In this document: positions 1 to 12,606 of the stretch, one piece after another
Numbering within the stretch: the first letter of the stretch is position 1
Layout: every line of letters starts with the position of its first letter
DNA from: Phoronis australis
Taxonomy: Eukaryota; Animalia; Phoronida
Assembly: GCA_002633005.1 (NCBI GenBank)
Contig: NMRA01000050.1
Span: 1,155,841 to 1,219,840, forward strand
DNA length: 64,000 bases
Direction of reading: 5' to 3'
The notes under the pieces: model-generated
The model's database searches: none
What the model saw: the letters and a program-made list of their open reading frames with translations, nothing else
Told to the model about the DNA's origin: nothing
Position numbers and translations under genes: made by a program

Positions 1-353
1 CACGGCAAAAAAAGTGTGAAGGCTCTTTTCGCGTAATATTGTGTCACTGCAAGAAAGCAGCAACCAAACAACTGTAGTCAACAGTATTTTGAACTTTCAC
101 TGGTTCACGCGGAGAGGTAGGTATCTGTCGCCGGGACCAGAGTATATTGAATAGAACACCGACTTCTGGGGGTTTCTTTGCTGTTTCTTGCCCTGACGTA
201 AGCGAAAGTCAGGTCACGCGCTGTGACAGTGCGTCGAAGGTTCAAGTCTACACCATGATCTTGTGATTGTATATTTAGTGTTTTAACTACTAGGCCAGTG
301 AGTATTCTTTAAGCAGTTGTATGGCATTCTTCTTCTTGTTCGAATGTTTTCAG

Positions 354-448
354 GAACCACAAATGAATGTACAGACATGGGCGCGACAAACCTTCAGCAT
401 TTCTATTACCCTAGTTTTCATTCAACTACCAAGCATGGAATTGTTACG
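354..448 (+). CDS. CTHRC1-like gene, repeat A exon a
   Basis: ttttcag|..|gtaaat, phase 1 to 0; (G)TTNECTDMGATNLQHFYYPSFHSTTKHGIVT; parallels exons 7272 and 10718. Confidence 0.75.
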
Positions 449-3400
449 GTAAATGTCCTAAATTAAGCAGAAAACTTCAACAAAACTCTGTACTCATGTA
501 CTTTCCAATTAGGATTGCTATTTCTGTTGGCGATCTTTCAAGGGGCGTTTTTTTTTTCGGAGATCTCCGGTACTCCTAGGCAAGTGAAACCTGACGTTAA
601 AACCTGCATTTCGCCTAAATTAGTTGGGTAAATAAAAAACAAAAATAGATTTGGACATTTTACTCTCATAAGGCGTCCTCGTGGTTTACTTTTAGCGTGA
701 AAGTATTCTATTTCCGTTATGTGCAATAACAATAATTCTGTTATGCACTCAACAAGACGCTTTTCGAGTTTGTTGATGTTGGCCAGCCCTAAAATTATGA
801 AAATGACTCGTGTACTTATTCCTGTGATGAATTCTATCACTGTAAGGAGTATTATGAGGATTGTTCAAAAACCCTCTTGACCCATGACCCCCTTGTCTCA
901 CGTCCCACAACCCCCTCGGTCCAGCCTATACAAGCTCAACTGATTATGTAATAAGGGCTGACTTGCATCAATATCCAGTGGGGCCGGGAGCTCAGCTGGC
1001 TTTTCTTTGCTTTTTTGCAATTAAGAGAGCTGATTAGGCAAGTTTGAAGCCAAAAACGGAAAAAGACAAAGCGACCAAATCAAATCAAAGACCTACCACC
1101 GTTACAGATGACGTTCCCGGCAGAGTGTAATCGTCTCTGCTGCTCTTTAGTGAATGGCAACTTCAAGCAAGTTGGAGAGACTGCGAGGAGCCGACGAATA
1201 TGTAATTTCTTCAGTATATTCATTTGGAAAAATACTGTTACTCTAAAAAGTTTTCTCAATGTTGTATGGCGTACAATGTATATTTTAAACGAGTATGCAG
1301 AAGAAATCAAATAATAATAATGTAAAATCGTGTACATTCACGTTATCGTACTCTCTCCTTACGCTTACTAGAAAGGAATCATTGGTAATCTCTCGTGGAA
1401 CTATTTCCGTGACAAAAAATATCTCGCTCAAAATCTGGTATTTCAGATTACGTTCTCACGTCACTTTCTGTTTTAACCGCCAGACGTGAGCCAGACCAGA
1501 TTTGCGTGCAGGTATGTTTTATGGGAAAGTGATTCAGTGCCGTAATATAGTAATGAAATGTGTCAAAAGCGCAAAGGTACATGTACATATATTGCCACAA
1601 GTCGTGGGTCGAGAGAGTTGTGGGTCGTTAGTCGTGGGGGTTGTGGGTAGAGGGGGTCGAGGAAGTTTGAGAACAATCCTTCTTATGTGACCGATTTTAC
1701 TGGGAATAAACTGCTTTCTTTATTTTCAAATTCAGTCAGCTAAACATGGCGAATTGCAGTTTTAGCAATAAATTGTAGATGTTTATCATGCTTTGTACTA
1801 TTTCCATTTTCACGCAGTTCTAAGGATTTAGTTGGTGGACTTTGTGCAACGTGTACTATATTGTAAAGAGCAGTCTTGTTGATTTTTAATTCACTCAAAA
1901 TAATAAAAACCACAACAACAGCAGTTGCTGACGTGGTAGAACCTGGATTTTATAGGATATGACTTACGACAAGAAGCTAAATCATACGTCCCTGCGCGTG
2001 CAGTTTCGCGCAGTTCTCAGGACCACTTACATGAAAATGGGGTGCACTCGTTGGTACTTTCGAATCAACGGACAACCGTGTCAACATCCGGGCCCTATCG
2101 AGATCACATGGTTTGGTTATGGAATGATAAATAGGTACCATTCTTCAAGAGGTAAGTGAATAAATATTGTAGCTATCCCTGTGTTAAAATGTTCGCAACA
2201 TCTTATGTGCTCAGATAAATAAAGAATTTTATAATAGATTTTGTCTCTAGCAACTCGAAATTGACTTCTGGTAAAAAAGGTCAGGTAGGAATTTATTACC
2301 TTCGTCTAATCTGTGGTTAAATGTTAAGACGAAAGATTGTCAAAACTATTGCACATCGTGCGCATATCGCTTGCATTTGTTTACCTGATTCTCGGTCTAG
2401 CAAAACGTTCTTGACCAAGACGTCCTGGCTTCATCATCTATAGCGAAGGCAAATCTACCCCTGCCATTAAGGGGAGTGTACATGTATACACTGGTAAAAT
2501 GTTCAGATTTTATCTATAATGAGTACAAAGGGGGTTTAACTAGTTAGAAATGACTTTGAAAGTGACAAAAATCGAAGAAAAAGCTTTTATTGTACTTCAG
2601 TTTTTTAATATCTTATTTTTTAATTTTCAAAAAATTTTCCCTCGAATTTTTTTCAAAATGTTAAGGGATTATCATCAACTGTTTCCTTGTGCAACATTCT
2701 GCTTATCCATACCAAATATGTGTACAAAATCATTATGATCTTGATTTTGTGGCATTTTTTGTGTGTGAGTTGGGGCAAGCACGCCACTTTCTGTCATTTG
2801 GTCACTTTCCGTCTAATAACTAAAAATCTGGTGCATGTATCAAAAAACCCTGGCACGCGATTTTACTTCAGTTCTAAAGGATTTCAAATTGCCAATTTCG
2901 TGAAAATTGACTCACGTGTTGCAAAAAATACGCCCAAATCTTGTCACTACCCTGAAATCACGAGCCGAACGGCTTTGAACTTAAGCGGCATCGATTGCTA
3001 CTTGAGGTCAAAGTTCGTTTAGAAGGCGCCGTCATAATGTTTCAATTTTTGTTGATGTGCTAGAAATAAAGCTGATATATACTTCATGCTTAGAAAATGT
3101 GACATACCTGTTTGTTTACAGCCTAATTTTAATCATTTTTACTAACTTGTGAAGCACAACAGACGACCAAAACAAACATGGCTGTCACGTGGGCGGAGCT
3201 CAGCGTTGATCTGTTGTCTGCTGTTCTGGTGTGCCGACCACACATCATTAAAAACATGTGTTGATTGTTTATGCGACTCACCTGAACTCTCCACTCAGAG
3301 TGGTAAAAGACTCTCTAACTATATTACGTAGACCCGAGGCCTGACTAAGGCTGAAGCGCGTTCGATGGGAAGCTACTTTCGATCAGCATTAGTATTCCAA

Positions 3401-6010
3401 TATCATATGTAGTTACCGTCTTTTCATAAACCAATATATGTGTTATATCACAAAGCCGCGTTACTGTCTACATGACAACATTGGCGACGAGAACAAAGAA
3501 CTACTTTCATCGTAATGGTTCAACATTTTCACCTGCCTGTACCGCCAACATTTTGACCGAATGGACATTGCGATGAGAATATAGCACTTTTTGCGCAAAT
3601 ATGGTCGCTTGGGTGAGATTCTAAAGTTACGAAAGTTTCTTACCTTGGTTTCCACTAAAATCTCATAACAACATCATGATTTTTAATTCAGGGATAGGTT
3701 TGAATCTGGGCACCAGAACAATTTTGTTATGTTGAAAACTGGGTCATTTCCCTACTTCTTTAGGTTACGGCAGGCGGCAATTTATTAAATCCACTGAGTT
3801 TGGCAGCCTAGTTTCTTTACGGCGCGGTCCTAGCACAGAAGCACGGTTTATCTCCAAAAACTCTACTCTGATGGCATGTAGTTGTCCATGTCTCGCGCGC
3901 ACGGCGGGTCTTCATAGCGCGTGCGTGCACTCTCATCAAATCGTGCAACACCACCTACGTCGACACTCATCGTCCTTTCGAAAGACACCTCACCTTTCGA
4001 CTTCTGTTGCACACGCATAGTTTCTGCACTGACTCCTCAAGCTGAATGTAGCAATGGCTTCGATTGGACTTGGCTTACTCAATTTTTTACAGGTGAACAA
4101 ACAGGCTCAGGCTCGGATCAGGAGTTCACCATTTCACCATCAACTTTCACATGGTCAAAAATAGAAATATTTTATTCTTGGTCTCGCTACAACATCTATG
4201 TCAGCTGGTACAGCACTCTAAATGGCCCGGTTACACAATGCTTGTTGACAGGGTTAGATTAGAGCTAGTGTCCTTGTATACATGTAAGCTCCGCCCCACT
4301 TGTCAGTCACTGAGCTGGTGAGCAGTCAAGCCATATGACTTACTGAAGCTTGGTCAAATATAATTAAAAAAACAAGTTTGGATTTTCAGAATGATTTTAT
4401 TTTTCTTCACTATACTGTGCACCAAAAATTAAATATTAGGGTGAGATAAAAATGTAAAAAACTGTCAAAATTATTTTTGTGTGTATCCACTTGCCTTAAA
4501 TCGACCAGAGTGATTCAAGAAAGGTTTCTGAAGCTTAAATAGCGGTGAAACACAATAAACATTGGGGCCGAAATTTGGGGCTTGGGGCTTCGTACATTTT
4601 TGCCACCCCACACACACTAAAGAAAACCTCCATGCGCTTACGGTTGATATTGTTGTTACGTGATTGGACATTGCTTAATTTCCAAAAACGATATTTCCAC
4701 TGGTTGTGCATCTAAATAATACATTGATAGTTTACTTAATAAGTGATTTAAAACACTATATTCATTAACATTTTTCATGTCATCCTCACGAAAATTAATT
4801 TTGAGGAGGAAAATGAAAAAAATGAGTGTACTAATTAAATATTAATATAAAATAGTATTAAACCTGACTCTAGAACCTATTCGGGCCTCGTAAAGCCGTT
4901 GCCAATAATCGCACCTGTTTCCGTGGGGGAGGTGATTATGACAATATCTCTAAGACAGATATTTACCCCTGACAGTCGATGGAATATGCGACAGTATTGC
5001 GGCTGGGGAAATAGTTGTAGAGCTTGCCGTTGAACCATGTGATCAGCAGATACCTCCAGCGACCTGCGACACCGGTTGGCCATTCGGGACTGGTCTGATT
5101 GGATTGTCAATTACCCTTGAAGAAAATGACATGGGAAAGACAGCAGGTGGGTTGGTGGAAGAAGTCACCTTAAGCGTGACGTAAACGTTCACATTCAAAT
5201 TCATTTTCCTGTCTTAGGTGTAAAAGATTATTGAAAAACATGTTCCACTGTTTGACTTGAGTGTGCGATACCAATTTCTACTTTCAACTGTTCCCATTAT
5301 ATGTGCTGCACGTGATCCCCTTCTCCAGTGCAGAACACTCTAAAATTTGATAACAGAAGCTGTCCTGTCAGGAACTACTCCAACGTTGGTAGGATGAAAA
5401 GAGTGTTCGTTTACTCACTCACACCATTAAATAAATCGAGAAGATTACATGTATCTCAGTGGCATGGGATATGACCTTTGTCGGAAAATCGGACAAAAGC
5501 AACATTACCAATTTCTTAAAATCACCAAAATTTAGAGGTCAGTTAACTGTTCCTCAATCCTATGTTCCACAACTGATGTTCCCCCATCTCTATGTTTCCC
5601 GTCCCAATTCCTCCGGGTGATGTTCTTTTGTTGGATCTGGAGTGCATAAGCTTAGGCATGTGCGCCAATACCGTTACGAAAAAGAAAACTTTTTTTAACT
5701 CTCAGAGTACAAGGGGAGTATACATGTAGCATGTTTGCGCTTTTTGCTGTACTTGGTAAATGCCCATGAGAATCAGGTAAGGTATTTGATTAACGATGAC
5801 GAGCAAATGCAGTTTGTTTTACCTTCAATTGTTCAAGTTTATTGTATGCGATAGGGATTTTGAAACAGAAATTTAAATTACGTGTATGTGGACAGGCTTT
5901 TACCGTTTTAATAGTTACTGTGTTAATTACTGTTGTTGTTATCATCAATATTCTTGTTATTGTTATTGTTATTGTTATTGTTGCTATTATTATCATTATT
6001 GTCATTGTTG

Positions 6011-6044
<34 letters not shown>

Positions 6045-9000
6045 CTTCATCATGTTTCATACCCATTTGGAAAATCTTGAAAATGTGGAAATAAATAATT
6101 CGGAACGTAACGAACATAGGCTGCCATTTGTGATCGTGATACATGTTAATGAGCGACCGTCACCTACCGATCAAAAACATAGCAAAAACAGCGCATAAAA
6201 TTTATGATGGAGACTGACTGAAATTGAATGATGGAGAAGTCAGGAGCATTTGACAGCTTAGGAGATCATAATTTTTTTTTTACCCGATTCATGTAAAACC
6301 TATGCGCCGTAGTAGTAGATAAGGTAGTTATCTTAACGTGAAGCTGACTCACCACCTAACGTATAGTCAGGAAACCAGTCAGTGAAGTTGACACTGATAC
6401 GGTTGGAATTCTCCTTTTCTCATAATTTTATTCTTCAATAATATACATTGATAATTTTTAAAGGGTGAAAGGGTGAACAAGAAAAAGGGGCAAGGACTTT
6501 CACTCACACACTCATTCACACACTTCATCATTTAATGATAATACTACTAAACAATATATGAGTTAAGTATATAACAGATATTACAGATTCATTGCATGGC
6601 AGCACCGAGGCTCTCCCACATTTTAATATTAATATTGTCCGGTTATTTTTGTTTTTGAAAATTAAATATCGAAATTTTAATATATTTTGACATGAATATT
6701 TTAAGGGCAGACCAATCTGGATGCAAGTGCTGTTGACTACATAAATAAATAAAATATTGGGCGATGATTTCATTTTTGGTTATTCTGACTTCTTCCTTAA
6801 GGAAAGGTGTCAAAATGTCCTGAACATTAATCAACAATCTTTGCACTACATCACAAAGGAAAAACATGTGTTCAGTACTCTGTACTAGATTACAATAGGG
6901 GCATTTATCTGAATTAACAATCTTCATCTTATATAACAAAAAGTTAGTATACACTCTGTTATGTAACAACATATACTTAAAAGAATTCTCCATGACTTAA
7001 GCTACTGAGGGTAGCGTGAGGTGACATACTCCATGACACAGGTCTAGTAGTGAACAAGATGATTCTGATTTTATGACGGTAAATGGTCTAAATCAAAAGT
7101 TTCTCAAGAGGTGGCGTGGACATGTTGCTTAGGCTCACTCCATGAATATCGTGCTTGAAATAAATCCGCAGACTCATTTCAGCCTTATTTTTCCCATGCA
7201 TGTCAAGGACACCCTATCAAAATGCTTTTTTGAAACATGATTGTATGTCTTCATTAAAACTCAAACTGCAGGTATTTGTTCTTCGCTGTCGCGATTCAAC
7301 ATTCAGCAAGCACTCATAGACAAAGACATCGTCAGTAAAAATGGGACCCTTTGGGTAAGACATTTTTAATTATCTAGAAACTGCGATACTTTCGTTCAGA
7401 AAGCTTTTCAACAATTCTAAGCTAAACTTTCTTTCTTCATTAAGAGTTTGCGCCCTACTGTCTGTGTTTGTGGGGTAAGAACTTGACGTCGATGACAAAG
7501 TTGCATGTAATGGAGTGCAAAAACGGTGACGAAATCGATGAAATGGAAGAACGATACTGCGGTAGAAACGACGGTAGTAATGCTAACGAGTGTCCATATT
7601 TATACTTTGTATTACATGCAACCTACTAACTTTGGCAATATTAATGATGTTACTATGTTCTACAGTCTCGAGAGTTTGAGAAGCGTGCAGACGACACTGC
7701 TATCCACGTGATATTTATTGGCACGCTCATGGTGCAGGGCCTCGGTTTAACTCAATGGACAATACTCTTTAACGGCAGCACGTGTAAGGATCCTGGACCT
7801 GTCAGTGGAATTCTGACTAATGATCGCGAGTTCGGTACAATGGACTCCACAAACGGAGGTGAGAAACAGTAGTGCTGACAAACTACATGACAAATACTTC
7901 CACTGTTGGTACAATTTTCCGCCGTTGATACCTACATGTACATCTCCTAGAGTTGGATAATTCACCGACTGGTCTTAAAACGTCTTCAGTTGGCGTTTCG
8001 ATCGGTCATTATTCGGACCCAGTTTGTAGTAACCGAATTCAGACTCAATTTTGTCTCGAACATGCGGCTTAATTAATCTTCGGTTATGGCATTATTTAAC
8101 TACTGATTCGTTAGATTACTAAACCAGGCCTTAGAATTGATCAATTTTCGAGTGTTGAGTCGATTATGTAATCAATCTCCCATGAACACGTGAGCAGAAA
8201 GCGTCCATGTTTGGTAGGCTACAACTCCAGTTGGTACACCCATTCACAGTGCTACAGGAGGTAGGGTTTTGTAGACTTTCTCGTGGCCACCACCCTATGG
8301 TCAGTGCTGTCACGCAGTGCAGTTTAAAAACTATAGGTAATATGAACCTGACAATAAGCGAAAATTAGTCATTAGAAAATGTGTTTCACGGTCGACACCT
8401 CACGGCAAAACGCCGAATTTTTTGTGAAGATGCTACATGTATGTACATGAAACATGTGATGTTGCTGTTACAGGAGCACATTTCTAAAAATTCGTAGTCG
8501 TTTCTCCTGCTCTTTCCGTTTCACCTACTGACCAAAATGAAAAATACATGTAAATCAGATGTCTGCTATTCACAGAAAAATATCACTCGCGATCACAGTG
8601 GACTGAGAGGACTAGCTACTCGTATCGGCTTTTCATGAGAAAACATTGAAAAGCCATCGGGGAACAAGTACATGTAAACCCGCCAAGCATTGTTTGTTGA
8701 CCAGTAACAGGTGAGGTGTTGGTCGCAAAAAGGTCCAGCGTGTCCAATGGTTCTGATCGTGGGATCACTGGTATGACGTTATAACTTATGGCTATGACGA
8801 TGGAAATTTCTTGTCCATCAAAGAACACTTTCATTTCATACCCGATCCTACTACATATGCTGTTGAATTTGATACAGACTGTGTTTGATCTTCATCTTTT
8901 TAGTCGATGGTATCTGTAATGGACTGGCTTCCGGTAAAATGAATGTATCACTACACGCTTCCACAAACAATGGGGATATAACCGTTGCTATAGGTTATGG

Positions 9001-12000
9001 AAGCCCAAGTAGATGGATTGTTGAAGAGATGAGGATGGGATTTCCTAATGCAGTGGGTAAGTTACTCTGTTAGAAAAGATGTGCGTGTAATTTTAAAATA
9101 ATCTGAACAGTATGATCATTCAAATTATTTTATGCGCACGCTTTAATACATTAGGGTTTTAAATTGCCGCGCATCGCTGAAGAGCGTCCGGTGTCCAGTG
9201 CTGCGTCTCCAAAAAACCCTAGAGTCTTTCGTGAAAGTTGCCTGATGCGTTCCTGTGGAAATGACGACGGGTCAAGTCCATTTTCGATGTATCCGACTAC
9301 CTATCTGCCTCTAGTTGCAATTTTAGCATTTGCGTTTGTATCTTTGAGGTCCGTTGAGAAGTTAATTACGAAATTTGGCAAATAGATTTTTAGAAAACGA
9401 CGACAACGTCGCATTTTCGGACCGATTTCACCATGTGGCCATTTGATTATGTCAGAATTTTTTTATTTTTTTTGGCGTCTGCAGGTTTAAGACGGATCTG
9501 AGTTCCGCTATTCTACCTAGTGACAATTTTAGTGTTTTTTTTTAATTAACTTTTGTATCTTCCAAGCTCGTTTGCAAATGTTCGCAAAATTTGTCAGACT
9601 GGTTTCTGTAAAGAAGAAAATAACTCTGCCTCATTTTTGGATAAATCTATAGTCTGTTTAGTCCTTCAAACGGTTCTATGCATCATAATGTAAATTGCCA
9701 AATGTGTTAAGGCTGTAAGGCGTCAGGTGACATTGATTTTCAAACGGGTGCTAGCACTGTGACGTCACCTAGTTGTGTTTTTGCATCCACTACTGTATAT
9801 CCAAAACAGTTTGCAAGTATCTTTCTATTGTGGATACAATGACGCTTCCCGATTTTTGTTGGGTTTGACGTGTGCTGCGTCACCTAGTGGCCATTGTTAT
9901 GGTACTCATGAACATCGCCCCCCATAACCATGCCGTTTGCGGTGCAGTTGAGGGCACATTTGAATACTTGCGTTACTCTTGTTTTCATCATCCAGGCACA
10001 AGCCTACTACTCTCGTCTTGTAACACAGTTTACGTAACATCTTGCAACACGTGTCCTCACTGCAAAGAGATTTTTTTCTCAAAAGTGTGATATATTAATC
10101 CAATTATTGCATTTCCTTTCTCACTCTCACAAATATTTTGCTCTGTTTGATGACCCAGTTCATAAATTCAATTAATTTGACTTTGAATTCGAAACGTAGG
10201 GCAGCGGTAATTAGGTGCGAATTTGGTCGATGTACTCAGAACGTACTCGATAAACTCATGAACATAAACACTTCATTTTTGAGATCGTACTGAAGCAGCT
10301 ATAAGCTTATCTTCCGTTGTAGAAACCAATTTGTGTTTTTTAACAACGATATACTTGTGAAATTAGCCTCAACTTGTTGCTTGCAGATATCAAGAGTAAT
10401 TTTTGGTCTTGTACAAAAACTGGCAGCTCGTTATTGCTCGTAATCAAATGAGGTGACACGCTGTGACAAACCAATTTGTAGCTCCTCTTCTAAAAATAAC
10501 AAACTGCCAAGACCTTTCAATAAAGACGTCACGTGTTTATAGCTGGCTCAAGTAAAACAGAAACTATCAAAACTTGGCGGGAATTAATGCTTGAATTCGA
10601 GGCTAGATAATAGATAGCCAAGATGGTATACTCCAATCATTTCCAAGGCCGAGTGAAATCTCGTAATTGCAGCACATTTTTTGTGAAATACATGTAATTG
10701 TCTCCGTTCATTTGCAGATGTGACATATGGCGAAAGCCCATGCTCCGTTGCCGATTACAACATACAGCAATGGTATTGGCACAGTGGGGACCCTACAGAT
10801 GTGGGAATTTTAAAATTCGTAAGATTTCTGGCCCTAACCAATTATAACATCGACAATCAAATTTTCTCTTGTGTGTTATTTAGCCCATTGGCGTTAGAAT
10901 GAAACCCCATGCCTCAATTCCTTTTATTTTTACGATACGGTCAGTTTGTGTTTGACTATATATATACATGTAGATATAGTTGCAGACGTAGACGTAGACG
11001 TAGACGTAGACGTAGCTGTTGATGTAGATGTAGATATATATGACGAGGTATTGCGGAATAACAGTACATGATGCGGGCTATGTGAGCCACTCCAAGGTAC
11101 GTTATAATTAGCGCAAAGGTCACCAATTTGCTGGAATTTTTGTTTTTACATTTACAATTTGTCAATGAATACAACTACACTTTTAGCGTAGATAATGTTT
11201 AAAGAGCATTGTAGTTTAGTTCCTGCCATACATTAGTATAGTTAGAAGCATGTAAATACATCTTCAACCCGGATCCATTGTAGAACACAGGCGTTTGCAG
11301 AGTGACAGATGAAATACTAAAATCGGAGAGTGAAGGCAGATCATTAAATAACATATCGTGCACTTAGTCTATAGGTGGCGCTGCGTGAGAGGGTAATACG
11401 ACTTAATGGATCTGGGTGTCGTACACAACTGCTGTTTGGCACATAAACGGACCTCGTAGAGTACGCTTGTGAAATAGTTTTAGACGATGTTTTGGTACAT
11501 AGAGCCACTGCACACGGACAGCTACAAGCTGAACTTTACGTCTCAAATGAAAGATCAGTGATAAAAGTATCACAAAAATTGAATGAAAAAACTGTCAATT
11601 CATTCATTTATTCTCGATTTGACTTGTGCTGTCAGCACAGCTATCGTTCACTTGATGCAAACAGTTCAGCTCGTATCTCTGCGTCTGCAGTGACCCTTAG
11701 ACCTATATATCTTCAAATTTCAGAATGTCTCGTTTCATAAACAGTCTTCAACGAGTTACCTCCGTGTTTACTACCATGGTGCACTACGGCAAACTAACTT
11801 GTGTTCCAAGTGGTATTTCTTGCTAAACAACAAACCCTGCGAGGAACCAGGAACAATAGCGGGAGGAATTTACTCGGAGGTTTTGCACCATGGTGGAATC
11901 AACGACCAGGATCACGTGATGATGAGTAAGTACACGTGTGTAACATCTCCGTCATACCAGGGGGTACAATAAAAGATGAGGCTTTCCATGCTGCTATGGT

Positions 12001-12606
12001 CGCGAGATAGTTGTGATGGCAAGTCTCGGTTTCTGGAAGAGTAAGTTTTGTGTACAACTTCCTCCAAGCGTTCACTTTGGTAGATTTAAAAGCCTACTAT
12101 ACCCTGCTTTGATGATTTCCACCAATTCTCGTTCTGTCACCTATTATTGCATCATTGACGTCAATCTTGCAAGTTAAAGACTGGAATCAACTGAAAACTC
12201 ATACTTCCCTATATTTTCTCGTTTTGAGCATATTGAATTAACAACTTTGATATGCTGAGTTACGGCGGAACTGAATGGTGGCGTATGCGTAGTAATCGCC
12301 AAGTATTACAAACGGTTACCTCTTTTATTGCAAAAGTACGTTGTTGAACGTTGATTTATGTTAGCATTTACGTTTTAAAAAGCCACACAAAGGCAGGGAA
12401 TGAGGGCAAACAGTTGCTTTGTTGCACCTACACTGTACGATATACTTATTTGATCTGTTTCAGTTGATGGTTTCTGCATGTTGCCGGCAGGCGAGATTAC
12501 AATCCAATTGTACGTCGACTCTTGCGATGGAATCTACGGAAATGACGCGTACACGTGTAATGGTGGATGTCGGATAGTTGCGCAAGAAGTGTGCGTAAAC
12601 GAGTAA
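354..12606 (+). CDS. CTHRC1-like protein with three tandem CTHRC1 C-terminal domains; 5'-partial multi-exon gene, join(354..448,1956..2151,4976..5146,7272..7354,7666..7858,8904..9056,10718..10818,11724..11925,12464..12606)
   Basis: Nine AG/GT-bounded exons join in one open frame (1337 nt = 2 + 445 codons) ending in TAA at 12604-12606. Three repeats match the CTHRC1 C-terminal pattern N..Q..W....D.G / F.K....LRV.F.G.LR....C.RWYF.FNG..C..P.PI / V(E/D)G.C.G...G...V......C....TGW....I.(I/V)EE. Confidence 0.85.
1956..2151 (+). CDS. CTHRC1-like gene, repeat A exon b
   Basis: tttatag|..G|gtaagt, phase 0 to 1; DMTYDKKLNHTSLRVQFRAVLRTTYMKMGCTRWYFRINGQPCQHPGPIEITWFGYGMINRYHSSR. Confidence 0.88.
2471..4495. 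mobile_element. Putative non-autonomous Kolobok-like (TTAA) DNA element in a CTHRC1-like intron
   Basis: TTAA at 2467-2470 and 4496-4499. The termini GGGGAGTGTA[CATGTA]TACAC and reverse-complement GGCAAGTGGATACAC match 12/15 once the 6-bp CATGTA is removed. No coding remnant recognised. Confidence 0.35.
4976..5146 (+). CDS. CTHRC1-like gene, repeat A exon c
   Basis: cctgacag|..G|gtgggt, phase 1 to 1; VDGICDSIAAGEIVVELAVEPCDQQIPPATCDTGWPFGTGLIGLSITLEENDMGKTA. Confidence 0.85.
5915..6052. repeat. Imperfect trinucleotide microsatellite (ATT/GTT/ATC)n
   Basis: Seen directly; produces the spurious poly-I/N/Y ORFs. Confidence 0.95.
6420..6995 (-). mobile_element. 5'-truncated L1/Tx1-type LINE 3' end (ORF2 C-terminal zinc finger, zf-RVT), degenerate
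   Basis: FKYMLLHNRVYTNFLLYKMKIVNSDKCPYCNLVQSTEHMFFLCDVVQRL matches the C..C...E...H.F..C zinc finger of L1/Tx1 ORF2. Frame breaks follow; minus-strand AATAAA at 6427-6432. Confidence 0.8.
7272..7354 (+). CDS. CTHRC1-like gene, repeat B exon a
   Basis: ctgcag|..|gtaaga, phase 1 to 0; GICSSLSRFNIQQALIDKDIVSKNGTLW. Confidence 0.78.
7666..7858 (+). CDS. CTHRC1-like gene, repeat B exon b
   Basis: tctacag|..G|gtgaga, phase 0 to 1; SREFEKRADDTAIHVIFIGTLMVQGLGLTQWTILFNGSTCKDPGPVSGILTNDREFGTMDSTNG. Confidence 0.85.
8904..9056 (+). CDS. CTHRC1-like gene, repeat B exon c
   Basis: tttttag|..G|gtaagt, phase 1 to 1; VDGICNGLASGKMNVSLHASTNNGDITVAIGYGSPSRWIVEEMRMGFPNAV. Confidence 0.85.
10718..10818 (+). 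CDS. CTHRC1-like gene, repeat C exon a
   Basis: tttgcag|..|gtaaga, phase 1 to 0; DVTYGESPCSVADYNIQQWYWHSGDPTDVGILKF. Confidence 0.82.
10957..11041. repeat. (GACGTA)n / (TA)n simple repeat
   Basis: Five GACGTA units plus flanking TA/GATGTA units. Confidence 0.85.
11724..11925 (+). CDS. CTHRC1-like gene, repeat C exon b
   Basis: atttcag|..A|gtaagt, phase 0 to 1; NVSFHKQSSTSYLRVYYHGALRQTNLCSKWYFLLNNKPCEEPGTIAGGIYSEVLHHGGINDQDHVMM. Confidence 0.87.
12464..12606 (+). CDS. CTHRC1-like gene, repeat C exon c (last coding exon)
   Basis: gtttcag| phase 1; IDGFCMLPAGEITIQLYVDSCDGIYGNDAYTCNGGCRIVAQEVCVNE, then TAA. Confidence 0.85.

Noticed and set aside
150-300. Hydrophobic stretches as a signal-peptide exon for the CTHRC1-like gene
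   Set aside because: No in-frame ATG, in-frame stops, incompatible splice phase
5790-6198. Poly-Ile/Val, poly-Asn and Cys/Tyr/His ORFs
   Set aside because: Translations of a trinucleotide microsatellite
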